A stretch of 63,978 nt of DNA, filler included, from Octopus bimaculoides (lineage: Eukaryota): assembly GCF_001194135.2 (NCBI RefSeq). It is 5 parts of 5 records of this genome, joined end to end, with 100 filler letters (N's around TTAATTAATTAA, not from the genome) between each part and the next. Parts side by side here need not be neighbours in the genome. Positions count along the whole stretch, not along the records: positions 35,741 to 46,653 come from NC_068999.1; positions 46,754 to 60,245 come from NC_068983.1; 3 more parts are not named here. One strand, written 5' to 3'. The position numbers and the translations under genes were made by a program. The notes under the pieces were generated by a model. The model was not told where the DNA came from. It made no database searches and worked only from the letters and a program-made list of their open reading frames with translations. Positions 37,775 to 50,383 of the stretch are shown here, piece by piece. How positions within the stretch are numbered: the stretch's first letter is position 1; each line of letters opens with the position of its first letter.

Positions 37775-39729
37775 CATACATACATACATGCACACTCATA
37801 TATATATAAACGTATATTTATACATGTACGTATGTATGTATGTCATTATTCAGTTTATTTCAGGATCTCTAACCAATAGTGAAAAAGCCGGTTTCTAACC
37901 TAGATCCAAGGTTCCTTCACTGGAATTTCAACATCAACAACAGGGTACTTTTGTATACATGTATACATGTTTGCATGTATGCATGTATGTATGTATGTAT
38001 GTATGGATGGATGGATGGATGGATGGATGGAAGCGACTAAATCCATACGAACAAAATTCGGAAAATAGCTTCGAATTATTATATTTTTTTCAAATCATTT
38101 TGATTTGAATTGCTTTAGGATTACCCGACAACAACAACAACATGAGCATAATTGACTTGGGGCTTCTCTTCAATATCCTTGCGAATACATTTAATCTTGA
38201 GTAAAACAGATATATACTCAGTCATGTTGTGAGTGGATATTCTCAGCGACAACCGGACGACAAAAGATTTTTCCACAGAGTTTTCGATTAAAACTTATTT
38301 AGGCATTCAATAATTCTTCTTGACAAAAGCCTTACAATGCTTCCTCGAGTGAGAAAACCCAATTCTTATAATACATTATTGACACGTTTGTGAGTTCAGA
38401 CTAAACTTAACGTAAGGGACGTAATTCATATAACGCAAGGGAAGTAACTTTAGTTAAAACGCAGCAGAGTTACATTTCGCTGTGCGATGGAATCGTCGCA
38501 TGACGAAATCCCATCTTATCGTCTGAAATCAACCGAGAAGTCATGGATAGGAATTCAGAAGCACAAAAAGACGGCAATCAACTTATCAAGAAGAGCAATC
38601 ACCATGTGCGCGTGCGTGTGTATATGTATGTGTGTGTGGTGTGTGTGTGTGCTGGATCCTAGTTTATTAAGAATTATCGAGCGCAGATCACGCTATGAGA
38701 CAAAAATTTGAAACTAAATGTCATTCAGCCAATAATATCATAGCGCTCTGCTACGTTATTACCTGATAGCTTATACATAGCAAATATAACACGAAATACA
38801 TCGTCGATTAAATCAATACCACGATTCATCTGCTGCTATTAACTATCACACCTCCGGAGATCGATAGCATATTAAATCCACCAATGTGATCTTTGAGTTT
38901 ACAAGTAAAGGGAGGTAACTAATGAGTAAGTGAATTATCTTTCTTGAATTGAACCAAGAAAGTATCTATTATCAAACTTCATTATCAAACAGAAATTTAT
39001 ATATGTATATATATATATATATATGTATATGTATATATATATATGTATATGTATATATNNNNNNNNNNNNNNNNNNNNNNNNNNNNNNNNNNNNNNNNNN
39101 NNNNNNNNNNNNNNNNNNNNNNNNNNNNNNNNNNNNNNNNNNNNNNNNNNNNNNNNNNNNNNNNNNNNNNNNNNNNNNNNNNNNNNNNNNNNNNNNNNNN
39201 NNNNNNNNNNNNNNNNNNNNNNNNNNNNNNNNNNNNNNNNNNNNNNNNNNNNNNNNNNNNNNNNNNNNNNNNNNNNNNNNNNNNNNNNNNNNNNNNNNNN
39301 NNNNNNNNNNNNNNNNNNNNNNNNNNNNNNNNNNNNNNNNNNNNNNNNNNNNNNNNNNNNNNNNNNNNNNNNNNNNNNNNNNNNNNNNNNNNNNNNNNNN
39401 NNNNNNNNNNNNNNNNNNNNNNNNNNNNNNNNNNNNNNNNNNNNNNNNNNNNNNNNNNNNNNNNNNNNNNNNNNNNNNNNNNNNNNNNNNNNNNNNNNAT
39501 GTAAGGGGAAAGTAAGAAAAAAAATAAGCGAAAATGCCCATTGGAAATCAAAAAAAGTAAAAGCTTTTTATGAAAAGTAACGATATATATATACGATTAG
39601 ATGAACTGAGGTAGGAATAAAGGTAAAAAAAAAAGTCATTATTGTGAGTTGTTAAAGAGATTTACAAGCATACCGGTTTCGTAGTATTACTAGTCATTGC
39701 TTTATATATATATATATAAGTCTTTTCTG

Positions 39730-40420
39730 TGACGGTAGCCTGAAGAAGTGTTATATTATCTTCCTTTTTTGCCAGGACTACCGCCATCAACTACATAGGG
39801 TCGACTTGAGGTGGAACCCTTGGTATACGTATCTTTGACGTCTTCATTCCCATATATATTGGAATTAAAACAACGTCCTCCATTTCTAAAGATTTAATTG
39901 AGTGTCTTTGTGCAGTTTCTATATATTTTAGTCGTACTTCGATAGTACCAAACTTCTTCCCTCTGGCTGGGTATGTGATATCCTGCCAGATGGATTTCAA
40001 GCACTTCTCAACTTTCTCTTCGCTCACTCGATCAATTTTTTAAAACTTTTAGACAGTAAGATTTTTAAATAATTGTTATTCTTTTTTCTAACATTAATAG
40101 TTCTTCCGGAGGCTGAACTTTCACAACGCCGTCTTCAATTGTTATCATATCTTTGTACTTTATCAGGTCATTTTTGTTTGTCGACAGCTGGCGGGTTCCA
40201 CCTACAGCCGCCGACGCAAAACTTTTTTGTCTATTTTCTTCTGTTTGAAGTTTTTCACGTCAATATTCCTCTTTGCAACAGTACACATTGCTGGTTGGGG
40301 AAATTCACTTTCAGAAGAATCCGAAATATCGCCAAATATTAAACTTTCAATCTTCTTTTGCCTCCGTGTCAGTTGACGACTCTTCGCCAGACGAAGTTGC
40401 ACTTTTCTGCACAGTGGAAA
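39730..40420 (-). mobile_element. Non-LTR retrotransposon ORF1-like remnant (clade uncertain, possibly L1/Tx1)
   Basis: Frame-broken run: SSESEFPQP..KSFASAAVGG..IEDGVVKVQPPEELL..KKFGTIEVRL..VLIPIYMGMKTSKIRIPRVPP, an RRM-like pattern typical of ORF1 N-termini. Confidence 0.55.
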
Positions 40421-40475
40421 ATACACGATTGTTCACTCGTCGTCGTAACCGACAGAGTGTCAGTAATAGAATCGT

Positions 40476-40835
40476 GAAAGCGCATGGCTTACTGCTTAGA
40501 GAAATTCGGCTGACGATCTTAAGGTTGTGAGTTCGATTCTCATTGTGTCCTTGGGCAAGACACTTTATTTCATTTTGCACGCATTGTGTCCCTGGGCAAG
40601 AGACTTTATATCATTTTGCTCTAGCCCACTCAGCTGACAAATATGAGTAGTACCTGTATTTCAAAAGGCCAGCCTTGTTACATTCTGTGTTACGCTGAAT
40701 CTCCACGAGAACTACGTTAAGGGTACTCGTCTCTGTGGAGTACTCAGCCATTTGCACGTTAAGTAATTTCAGGAGCAGGCTGTTCCGTTGATCAGATCAA
40801 CTGGAACCCGTATCGTCGTAATCGACGGAGTCCCA
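40476..40835 (+). mobile_element. SINE family C (CORE-like ccttgggcaagacacttt) with the family-B 3' tail and an internal duplication
   Basis: Head gcgcatggcttactgcttag...gagttcgattc; cattgtgtcc(t/c)tgggcaaga(c/g)actttat appears twice (40541-40620); tail matches 5575-5750. Confidence 0.88.
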
Positions 40836-42706
40836 GTTATGTAGTAGATGGTATGTGTATGTAGCGGGGTTGGGGAGTGTACAATGTGATTGTTTAATTC
40901 TATCTCCGTGAGATTGACTGAGGATGTGTGGGCGAGATAAGAGACGTGATTGGCGCAGATGTCTATTTTCCGTCATTTAGGAATTTGCATTCGATTAATT
41001 GGTCTGTGTGTGAGTGTATGTGTGTCGGTGTGTATGAACATGTCATTTGCATGTATGTGATTTTGTGTGTGTGTATGATTATGTATGATTGTGTCTGCAT
41101 ACGTTCATTCTAGGAAACTTAATTACAAAAGACGACTATTTGCGGTATGTATGTATCTATGTGTGTATTTATGTATGCATGCATGTAGGTATGTGTTGTA
41201 TACGCAAGCAGAGTTGCATAAAGCCAGTTTGATTATTTAAATCAGAATATATTTCTTACTCTAACGCCTCTTGTTTCATAGGACTATGTACGTCTGAGTG
41301 CATTTATCTATCTGTCTGTCAGTCTGTCTGTCCATCTATCTATGTGTGTGTATGCGTGTATTTATGTGTGTGTGTGAAATATTTTTGATATACACAGTAT
41401 ATATTTTTATGACTTACTAATAGTTTCATACGATGAAAGCAACTCAGACAGCATTTTTTATAACACGTCTGGTGCATTCTCGCCATCGACAGGCTCTGTT
41501 TTTTCATAGCATGAAACTATTAGTAGCTCATATTGTGTTTATTAGAAAAACTATTTATCTCTCCCTAAATGGAGTACTTATCTTTTGATCTTAATTTCAC
41601 GGAACAGTACTGTTTTCTCCCCCATCCTTCTCTAAATCCCTTTTTCTCCCCTTCACCGGTTTCTATCTGTCTTTCTCTCCCCCTCTTTCTCTTTTTTCTC
41701 TCGTTGCTCACACGTGACCATCGTCCATCTTTCTCTTTCCCACGTGACCATCTTTCTTTCCCTGCACGACGTTCTAAAGATTGGACGTCTTCTGTCTATC
41801 TCTCACTTCTATCTTTTCTCTTTACAAAGAAAATATTTCTCCCAGCGTTCAATATTTTCTTCTCGTTCTGGTCTAACGACCCTCCATGTTTGTTTCCGTT
41901 CGGTTTCTTTGTATGTCTCCACTGTCCTGTTTTTGTTCCCAATTTTGACCCTCCATAAAGCCAAAATTTTATTTTGAAATTTATGGGAGTAACTGTCTTC
42001 GAAAACTCATATTGTCGTTGAATGCTCGAAATGAGGAGTAGATAGACAACCGAGAACTGATGAAGGGTCGTTCTTCGTGTTACTTGTCCTGTTTTCCATT
42101 TCTTCTCTCGTTGTTTGCGTATTTATCTCGTTTGTTTTCGCACTTCATGTTGTTTACACATCCNNNNNNNNNNNNNNNNNNNNNNNNNNNNNNNNNNNNN
42201 NNNNNNNNNNNNNNNNNNNNNNNNNNNNNNNNNNNNNNNNNNNNNNNNNNNNNNNNNNNNNNNNNNNNNNNNNNNNNNNNNNNNNNNNNNNNNNNNNNNN
42301 NNNNNNNNNNNNNNNNNNNNNNNNNNNNNNNNNNNNNNNNNNNNNNNNNNNNNNNNNNNNNNNNNNNNNNNNNNNNNNNNNNNNNNNNNNNNNNNNNNNN
42401 NNNNNNNNNNNNNNNNNNNNNNNNNNNNNNNNNNNNNNNNNNNNNNNNNNNNNNNNNNNNNNNNNNNNNNNNNNNNNNNNNNNNNNNNNNNNNNNNNNNN
42501 NNNNNNNNNNNNNNNNNNNNNNNNNNNNNNNNNNNNNNNNNNNNNNNNNNNNNNNNNNNNNNNNNNNNNNNNNNNNNNNNNNNNNNNNNNNNNNNNNNNN
42601 NNNNNNNNNNNNNNNNNNNNNNNNNNNNNNNNNNNNNNNNNNNNNNNNNNNNNNNNNNNNNNNNNNNNNNNNNNNNNNNNNNNNNNNNNNNNNNNNNNNN
42701 NNNNNN

Positions 42707-42782
<76 letters not shown>

Positions 42783-43180
42783 GATTAATTCCAATGTGAC
42801 CCGAGTTGTTAGAGATTCACATCCCTGTCTGTAAACCATTGAAATTTTTTTGTTGTGAGCGAATTACTGTCTGTGGAATCGGAGAATATTTGGGGCAGCG
42901 GGACTGGTGATTCATTGGAATAATAAGCAAATAATTTGGGTTACAATATATTTGTAAAGCTGTAATTAGTAGTTACTTATCGGTAAAATTAAGCTCGCAG
43001 TTATAAGCTGGAACTATTTAGGATGGAAAATACATTCTAAAGCGATGACCGTAGAGTGATAATGAGGGATGGTGTGACTCCGTGATGTAAGTGAATGGGA
43101 TTGATAATAAGTAGGGCATAAGTTTTAAGGAAGGGATAACTTCTGCATAGGAGTCGATATTTCAATGTTCGGTTAACTCT

Positions 43181-43572
43181 GTTGTTGGCACTCTGTCGCT
43201 TTCGACGACGAGGGTTCCAGTTGATCCGATCAACGGAACAGCCTGCTCGTGAAATTAACAATTAACGTGCAAGTGGCTGAGCACTCCACAGACACGTGTA
43301 GCCTTAACGTAGTTCTCGGAGATATTCAGCGTGACACACAGTGTGAAAAGGCTGACCCTTTGAATTACAGGCACAACAGAAACAGGAAGTAAGAGTGAGA
43401 GAAAGTTGTGGTGGAAGAGTACAGCAGGGTTCGCCACCATCCCCTGCCGGAGCCTCGTGGAGCTTTAGGTGTTTTCGCTCAATAAACACTCACAACGCCC
43501 AGTCTGGCAATCGAAACCGCGATCCTATGACCGCGAGTTCGCTGCCCTAACCACTGGGCCATTGCGCCTCCA
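43181..43572 (-). mobile_element. SINE family B, full length with ~12-bp TSD
   Basis: Near-identical to 5377-5760; flanks tcggttaactct / tccgttaactct. Confidence 0.95.
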
Positions 43573-43631
43573 CTCCGTTAACTCTATTTATAAAAAAAAG
43601 AAGCAATATTTGAACAATAGTTTATTCAAAC

Positions 43632-43852
43632 AAGGCAGAGAGCTGGTAGAAACGTTAGCATGCCGGGCGAAATGCTTAGCGCTATTTAGTCAGTCTTTAC
43701 GTTCTGAGTTCAAATTCCACCGAGGTCGACTTTGCCTTTCATCCTTTCGGGGTCGATAAATTAAATACCAGTTGCGTACCGGGATCGACCTAATCGACTG
43801 GCCCCCCTCACCAAAACTTTCGGGCCTTGTGCTTAGGGTAGAAAAGAATTAT
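43632..43852 (+). mobile_element. SINE family D, full length
   Basis: agagctggtagaaacgttagc...gagttcaaattcc (B box)...gaggtcgactttgcctttcatcctttcggggtcgataaattaaataccag. Confidence 0.92.
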
Positions 43853-44598
43853 TTATTTATTCAAACGAGGATGGCTGTGCTGTTAAGAAGCTCGCTTTGT
43901 AACCAAATGTTTTCAGGTTCAGTCCTAGCAGTTGCTAGGGCAAGTGTCTTCTACAGTAGCTCCATTTACAATAATCACAATAACTGCTTTATCAACGTCA
44001 GCCTCGTTTTCATAATTTTGATTGACTCGCTTACGATAATATCGCAAGCGAGTCAATCAAATATCTTCCATTCATCTGTAACGCAAAACAATTTCTCATT
44101 GTCTTCCATGTCTTCCACAACTAAATCAACGATATTAATTAATATCGAATTTAAATTTTTTTTCTCTTTTTTGTCATTTCGAACTATTTAGAACCGCTCC
44201 GGGTAAAACGGCCAAACAAAATACATTTCGTTTTCTTTTCTTTCTTTTTGTGTATGTGGGTTTTTGTTCTGGTCTTTCTTTGTGCGTTTTTTCTATTTCC
44301 TTATTTCACGAGTTGTGACAATAATTACAATTATCTTCCCACATTACAGAATATTGAAAATTTTTCCCAAAATCTTTGAACCATAAAATTGATCTTCTTC
44401 CCAATCTTCCAGTATTTTTTTTTTTAAACAAATGTTTGGCATAATTTGTCTCAAAACTTTTTTAAAAAACTGTCTTGATCTAATCATTGATTAAGTGTTG
44501 AGTGATTTTAAACGTTGGTCTTGTCTAAATCGCAATAAACTAATGAAGCGTTATCAATTAGCAACATAATTTTCCACTCATTATTATTTTCGTCCAAT

Positions 44599-44815
44599 AA
44601 GGTAGAGAGCTGGCGGAGTCGCTAGCACATGAGGCACAATTCTTTGCATCATTTGGTCCGTCTTTACATCTTGAGTTCAAATTCCGCCGAGGTCGACTTT
44701 ACATTTTATCTTTTCAGGATCGATAAAATAAGTACCAGTTGAACACTGGAGTCGATGTATTCGACTTTCTCCCTCCACCGAAATTGTTGACCTTCTGCCA
44801 AAATTTGAAACTAAT
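44599..44815 (+). mobile_element. SINE family D, tail variant
   Basis: Same head and centre as 43632; tail ...ccttctgccaaaatttgaaactaat. Confidence 0.88.
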
Positions 44816-44819
44816 ATTT

Positions 44820-45240
44820 TCGTTCGTATAAACTTTATCCACGGGAACAAATCCTTGATAAAACCAGTTTCGAATATTGAAACAATTAATCATTATTTTT
44901 TATTCGTTTGTCAAAGAAGTGGGAGTGTATTTGTTGTTCAGCCTCCTCAGTGCACGTACACTTAGAGCCCTATTAATTAACACTGGTTTCATGAAATAGT
45001 CACCTAACACATTACAGTATTGCAGTACCGTGGTCCGATCGTCAGACACATTGAATCCGCTCAGTTTGTTTTCTATTGTTAATATAAAATTTCTCTTAGG
45101 TGTTTTCATTCAAAATAGACCAGCGTCGCTTTCGATAAATTGTTTAATGTAAATGGCGACTTCTTCAGTCATTCGAGCTGTCAGAGGTATAGATTCTTCA
45201 GCAGTTTACTTACAGCTTGATATACGTTCGTTAAACTGCG
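44820..45240 (-). mobile_element. pogo/Tigger DDE transposase remnant
   Basis: KQFIESDAGLF*MKTPKRNFILTIENKLSGFNVSDDRTTVLQYCNVLGDYFMKPVLINRALSVRAL resembles Tigger NADETGLFWK.MP.RTFI...PGFK..KDRLTL..C.NA.GD..KPLL...NPRAL. Confidence 0.75.
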
Positions 45241-45344
45241 TGATATTATATTGAAAGCCCATGTTGCAGTTAATTAGATTTGTAATTTTGATTTGTAATT
45301 TTGACTTCATTAAAAATTCTTACAGCGTTTTGACGTATATTTTA

Positions 45345-45545
45345 TTTTTTACTTGCTTTAGTCATTAGCCCGCGGCCATATTGAGGTACCGCCTCGAACG
45401 AATCGACCCCAGTATTTTTTTTTAAACCTGGTACACATTCTATCAGTGTCTTTAGTTAAAGCGCTAAGTAAGAGGGACGTTAGCACAGGAACACCGGGTG
45501 TCTACCAGTGGTGGAGAACAAAGACAGACACAAACACACACACAC
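45345..45545 (-). mobile_element. SINE family A, 3' half
   Basis: tttacttgctttagtcattagcccgcggccatattgaggtaccgcc. Confidence 0.8.
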
Positions 45546-45571
45546 ACACACACACCCACACACACACACAA

Positions 45572-45603
<32 letters not shown>

Positions 45604-45612
45604 AACACACAC

Positions 45613-45658
<46 letters not shown>

Positions 45659-46182
45659 TACGGTTATATATATATAGGTTATGAGAGGTAATGTTGTCAA
45701 GAAGACCCAAAGGGGTCAGAACATTTTCTCGCACCGTCTCCGATGAAGGGATATATAAAATATCCCGGAAAAAGCTGTAAGACCTTCTCTTTATAAATGT
45801 TCTGAAATCTTTCACAGCCTTGGATTTTTATCTCATTCTGTTAATTTATATATATATATATAGTGTATAAGTGTATACCTATATATCCGTTTATACACAT
45901 ACATTATATAAGTATATAAATACAGATATATGCCTGTATATTTGTGTAGTGTATGTGTCTGTGTGTGTGTTTCTGTGTGTGTCTGAAATGAGATGATATG
46001 CTACATAAGCCCACATAGTTGTGTAACAAGTAATGCTAACACGCTCACCTTTCGTGATCACAAGTATGTTAATGGGTCATCAGCTCAGCTATCACACCAC
46101 TTACATGCATACACACAGCCCACACATATTTCCATTCACACATGCAAACATATACACATACTTCTATGTATGCGCTTATGCC

Positions 46183-46224
<42 letters not shown>

Positions 46225-46448
46225 CTTACATTCACACCTACACGTATGATTGCTTGTGTCTGTTCCGGTGGGCTTGTTACGCTTTTCGTTTAGGATATTG
46301 TTGTTGTTGCTGTTGTTGTTGTTGGTCTTTTGGCTTCACGCTAATTCTGAAACACTATGATCAAATGCATTCCAGCCGTGACCAACACACCTTTTGTTCG
46401 TACATTTTAAGAACTATACTATTCATGTGATACTATAACATTTTAACG

Positions 46449-46608
46449 AGGAGTGACTGTGTGGTAAGTAGCTTGCTTACCAACCACATGGGTCTGGGTT
46501 CAGTCCCACTGCGTGGCACCTTGGGCAAGTGTCTTCTACTATAGCCTCGGGCCGACCAAAGCCTTGTGAGTGGATTTGGTAGACGGAAACTGAAAGAAGC
46601 CCGTCGTA
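46449..46608 (+). mobile_element. SINE family A, 5' half (well preserved, CpGs intact)
   Basis: gactgtgtggtaag...gggttcagtcccactgcgtggcaccttgggcaagtgtc...cgggccgacc; ends in (TA)n and a gap. Confidence 0.92.
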
Positions 46609-46648
<40 letters not shown>

Positions 46649-46964
46649 TATATNNNNNNNNNNNNNNNNNNNNNNNNNNNNNNNNNNNNNNNNNNNNTTA
46701 ATTAATTAANNNNNNNNNNNNNNNNNNNNNNNNNNNNNNNNNNNNNNNNNNNNTATATATATATATATATATAAATATATACACACACACACACACACAC
46801 ACATATGCATTCATATGTTTATATATATAGATATTAATTGAGGTGTACAATACTATATGTCCATTACGGCCATAATGGATACATATATTGTACACTTCAA
46901 TTAATATACAAGTGCATTTTTTCCTGACTTATGGACTCTTAGACAGCTTGCACACACATATATA

Positions 46965-47829
46965 CGAGAAGGTACCCAAAAGTAACCAGAAATTTCTGTA
47001 AGGGACAAGCCCATTGTAATTCAGGCTTCTGCCACTAGAAGCCACTTGATGTGATCCTCGGCCATCAGTCTGCAGACCAGTGGCATTGAGTGGAGTCATA
47101 CTGTCATGTGGTGTGTCTTTGTTCTGCAGTGCTTGTCCCCTGTTCTTCAAAGTTTGTGATGGCTGAAACAAAGGAACAGCGTGCTTCCAGCAGAAAACAG
47201 AATTCTGTTTTCTGCTGGTGGAAACAGTTGTCATGCTTCAAACAGTTTACAAGGATGCTGTAAACACAAGTTTACAAGTGATTTTCATGCTTTAGAAATG
47301 GTTATTTATCACTTGAAGACCAACCTCATTTAGGATGACTGTCAACCTCCCAAATGAATGAAAACATCATGAAAATTTATGAACTGATCTTGGAGGACTG
47401 TTACTAAACTATTGACAAACTTGATATGACCGGGCCAACCAACAAATTTTGAGCAAGGAAATGTGAATGAAAAAAGTTGCAGCAAAATTTGTTCCTTGCT
47501 TGGTCACAGAAGATCAAAAGTAGTCATAACTGAATGTTTGTTGTGAACTGAAAGATCAGGTGGAAGTCGATCCAGATCTTTTTCAAAAGGTCATTACTAG
47601 TGATGAAAGCTGGTGCTACAGAATTTTCAGATTTAGAAGAGATGAAGAAAAAAATGTCAGAGGCATTAACAGGTATCACTTTGCAAGAGTTCCAGCACTG
47701 CTTTGAATAGTGGAAAACACCCATTGCTTCAAACGAAGAATACTTTGAAGGCAACAAAAGTGTAAACATGTAAAACTAAGTGAATAAAATAACACTGCAA
47801 ATTTTCAGTTTCGTTTGGGTACTCCCTCA
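46965..47829 (+). mobile_element. Mariner (DD34D-type) transposon, internally deleted, with TIRs and TA TSD
   Basis: TIRs cgagaaggtacccaaaagtaaccagaaattt / tgagggagtacccaaacgaaactgaaaattt. ATG at 47159: MAETKEQRA..FCFLL..KKVAAKFVPCLVTEDQK..VITSDESWCY, then joined to the C-terminus QEFQHCFE*WK..EYFEG. Confidence 0.93.
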
Positions 47830-48049
47830 TATATATGATGCAGAAAAGGTAAACAAAAGTAAGTTTATGGAGAGTATTTACATGGAAAGTTGTATATACA
47901 AATAAAAAGACCATTCTTCTAGTCAATTTCCCACATATGTCCTACCTGCTCTGGATGAAGGAGTTGGAGTACAAGTTTCAGATTTATATGAGCCCTACTT
48001 GCTGATTATATTACACTAACTTTAGTGTTCTTAGCACACTCAATATACA

Positions 48050-48331
48050 TATATAGCGGTGTGTGCATGGATGTGCATTTGTTTCAAGTTACAACAATGT
48101 GTAATAGTTGTAAACAAATGTCACTGTTATACAAGTTGTGTCATTAATCTCTGGTTTTCAGTGGGAATACATCCAACCATGAGGAAATACTACCTTTCTT
48201 AGAAACAGGAGATGGTTGACAACAAGAAGTGCATCCAGCTATAGAAAAGCTGCCTCATCAAATTCCATCTGGTGCATGCACACAGGGGATAGAGCACATT
48301 AAAAAGAAGATAATAATGAGGATTTGTGAGT

Positions 48332-48362
<31 letters not shown>

Positions 48363-48427
48363 CTCACACATATTAGGTATATGTGATTGATAAAGTTTAT
48401 TATACTAGTGCTGCTTCTATTTCATAT

Positions 48428-48462
<35 letters not shown>

Positions 48463-48914
48463 ATTTAGATTCAAAATTGAAGTTTAGGCACCAGAATATA
48501 GTATGGTATTATCCAAACAATTCCAAAAACAAGGTGATCAAAAATCAAAAAAAGCAACACGGATTTTAAAGGTTATTGCAGTACACACATTTCATGCTAC
48601 TCCATTTATTTAAGTAATCCGAGCATTACATTAAATGCAAAATGCAGAGCAATCTTCAGCTGCACAAGAATATAGAAAATTACAGCAGAATGGACATATT
48701 ACTATTGTGGCAACATTTAAAATCTAAGTGGGAAGAAGAATACATAAAAAAACCCATCTTGACATAGCCAAGGCTACATCTCTACATCTCTTCAGTCATC
48801 TTTTCAATGATCGGATAACTGAAGAGATGTTGGCGTGGGTTCCTACCCTGGCATCCGAAACTCAGTTTTATCATGGCTACCGAATCAGTGTCACAAATTT
48901 TTACAGATAAATTC

Positions 48915-48964
<50 letters not shown>

Positions 48965-49515
48965 TAATATATATGCTTTTGTGTGTGTATCTTTATTTTG
49001 ACATCAAGTGCAAATTTTAAACAAACATTACTGTCATACAAGCAGTATTATTTGTTTGCAATCACCAATAAAATCCTGTCCAGCCACTGTGCTAGTCGTG
49101 CCTGAAGAATTATGGAAAATATTATTTTACTTGGAAACATGTGAGTGTTGCCTACAGGAAGAGTATCTGGCTGTAGAAATCTGACTCCACCACCCCATGA
49201 CAACTAGTGTTGGTTTGCTTGCATCCCTGTAACTTAGCAGTTTAGCAAAAAGACACCAATAAAAAAGTAGGAGGCTCCTTTAGGGTTGCTAGTTTTGTGA
49301 GCTGTACAATGGCCTCAATAGTGCTGGTGGCATGAAAAAAAAGCATCCAGTACAAATTGTAAAGTGGTTGGTGTCAGGGAGTGTATCCAGCTGTAGAAGT
49401 CATGCCAAAGCAGACATTGGAGCATGATATAGTCCTTGGACCCACCAGATTCTGTCAAATTGTTTGACCCATGCCAGCATGGAAAGTGGATGTCAAATGA
49501 CGATAATGATGATTA
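48050..49515 (+). mobile_element. Three short fragments bearing the RTE 3' tail (~48050-48290, ~48985-49190, ~49320-49515)
   Basis: Shared aag(g/t)gcatccagct(g/a)tagaaa and cccatgccagcatggaaagtgga..aaa.gatgat motifs, also found at 52020-52157. Confidence 0.65.
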
Positions 49516-50383
49516 TGTAAGCAAGGGGAGAAAATAACAGAAGTTTTAGAATGAGATTGAATGACCTCATTAAAACAAGCAACAACATAAGCTTTGAGTT
49601 CAAGTGATTGCTTTATTGATTATACAAGAGTGGCAATCCAAGAGTGTTCTGACACAAAAATTACTCATGAAATTGGCTTGAGTCAATTGTAACAAAACTG
49701 ATTTGACATAGATTCCTGCAAGTAAAGCTTGAGGAAAACATTTAAAAAACTGCTTATGCTTCTCTCACTCATTTCAGAAGGGAAGAATAATTGACATAGA
49801 ATTGTATGTAAACAGAGGGATAAATTATTAGTTTACATTAAGAAACATAAAATGCAGTGAATGTGTGATGTGGGCAATTGCTGAGTAGCCTGGCCACTTC
49901 TGTTTTACTCTACCATGGTATATTGGAAGACAACAAATCAAAGCATTTCCAGCAATGGTTTTATAATTGTTCAAAGATGGTAAGGTGTTTACGCAAAGAG
50001 ATTTGGCTGCTATGGTGAGCGTGTCAAGTGATAATGCAGTAACTTCCTTGATGATTTGTACAAAATTGTTGAGTAATAGAGGACCTTTGAAGACAGATAT
50101 TGCAATTTCAATTGACATTAAAAATCAAAGAAACAAAAGAATGAGAAGAAAAGAATCTGAGAAAAAGAACAAAACCAAACTTTCTTAAATTACAACAACT
50201 GAAGCAAATGTTACTAGAGTAAGCAATTTAATTACTATTCAATACTAAGCACATGTAACAGAACATATGATTTAACAGTGATTACAGGGTCAATAAGCTT
50301 ACATGATCATTACTGAGATTAAACAGTGTCTAAATTGTTACTCTTTAATGAGAACTATATCTACCTATTAGGAAGTGAAAACA

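Noticed and set aside
41569-41977. Hydrophobic 129-aa and 87-aa ORFs resembling membrane proteins
   Set aside because: Produced by a CT-rich low-complexity tract (Phe/Leu/Ser bias); no domain recognised.
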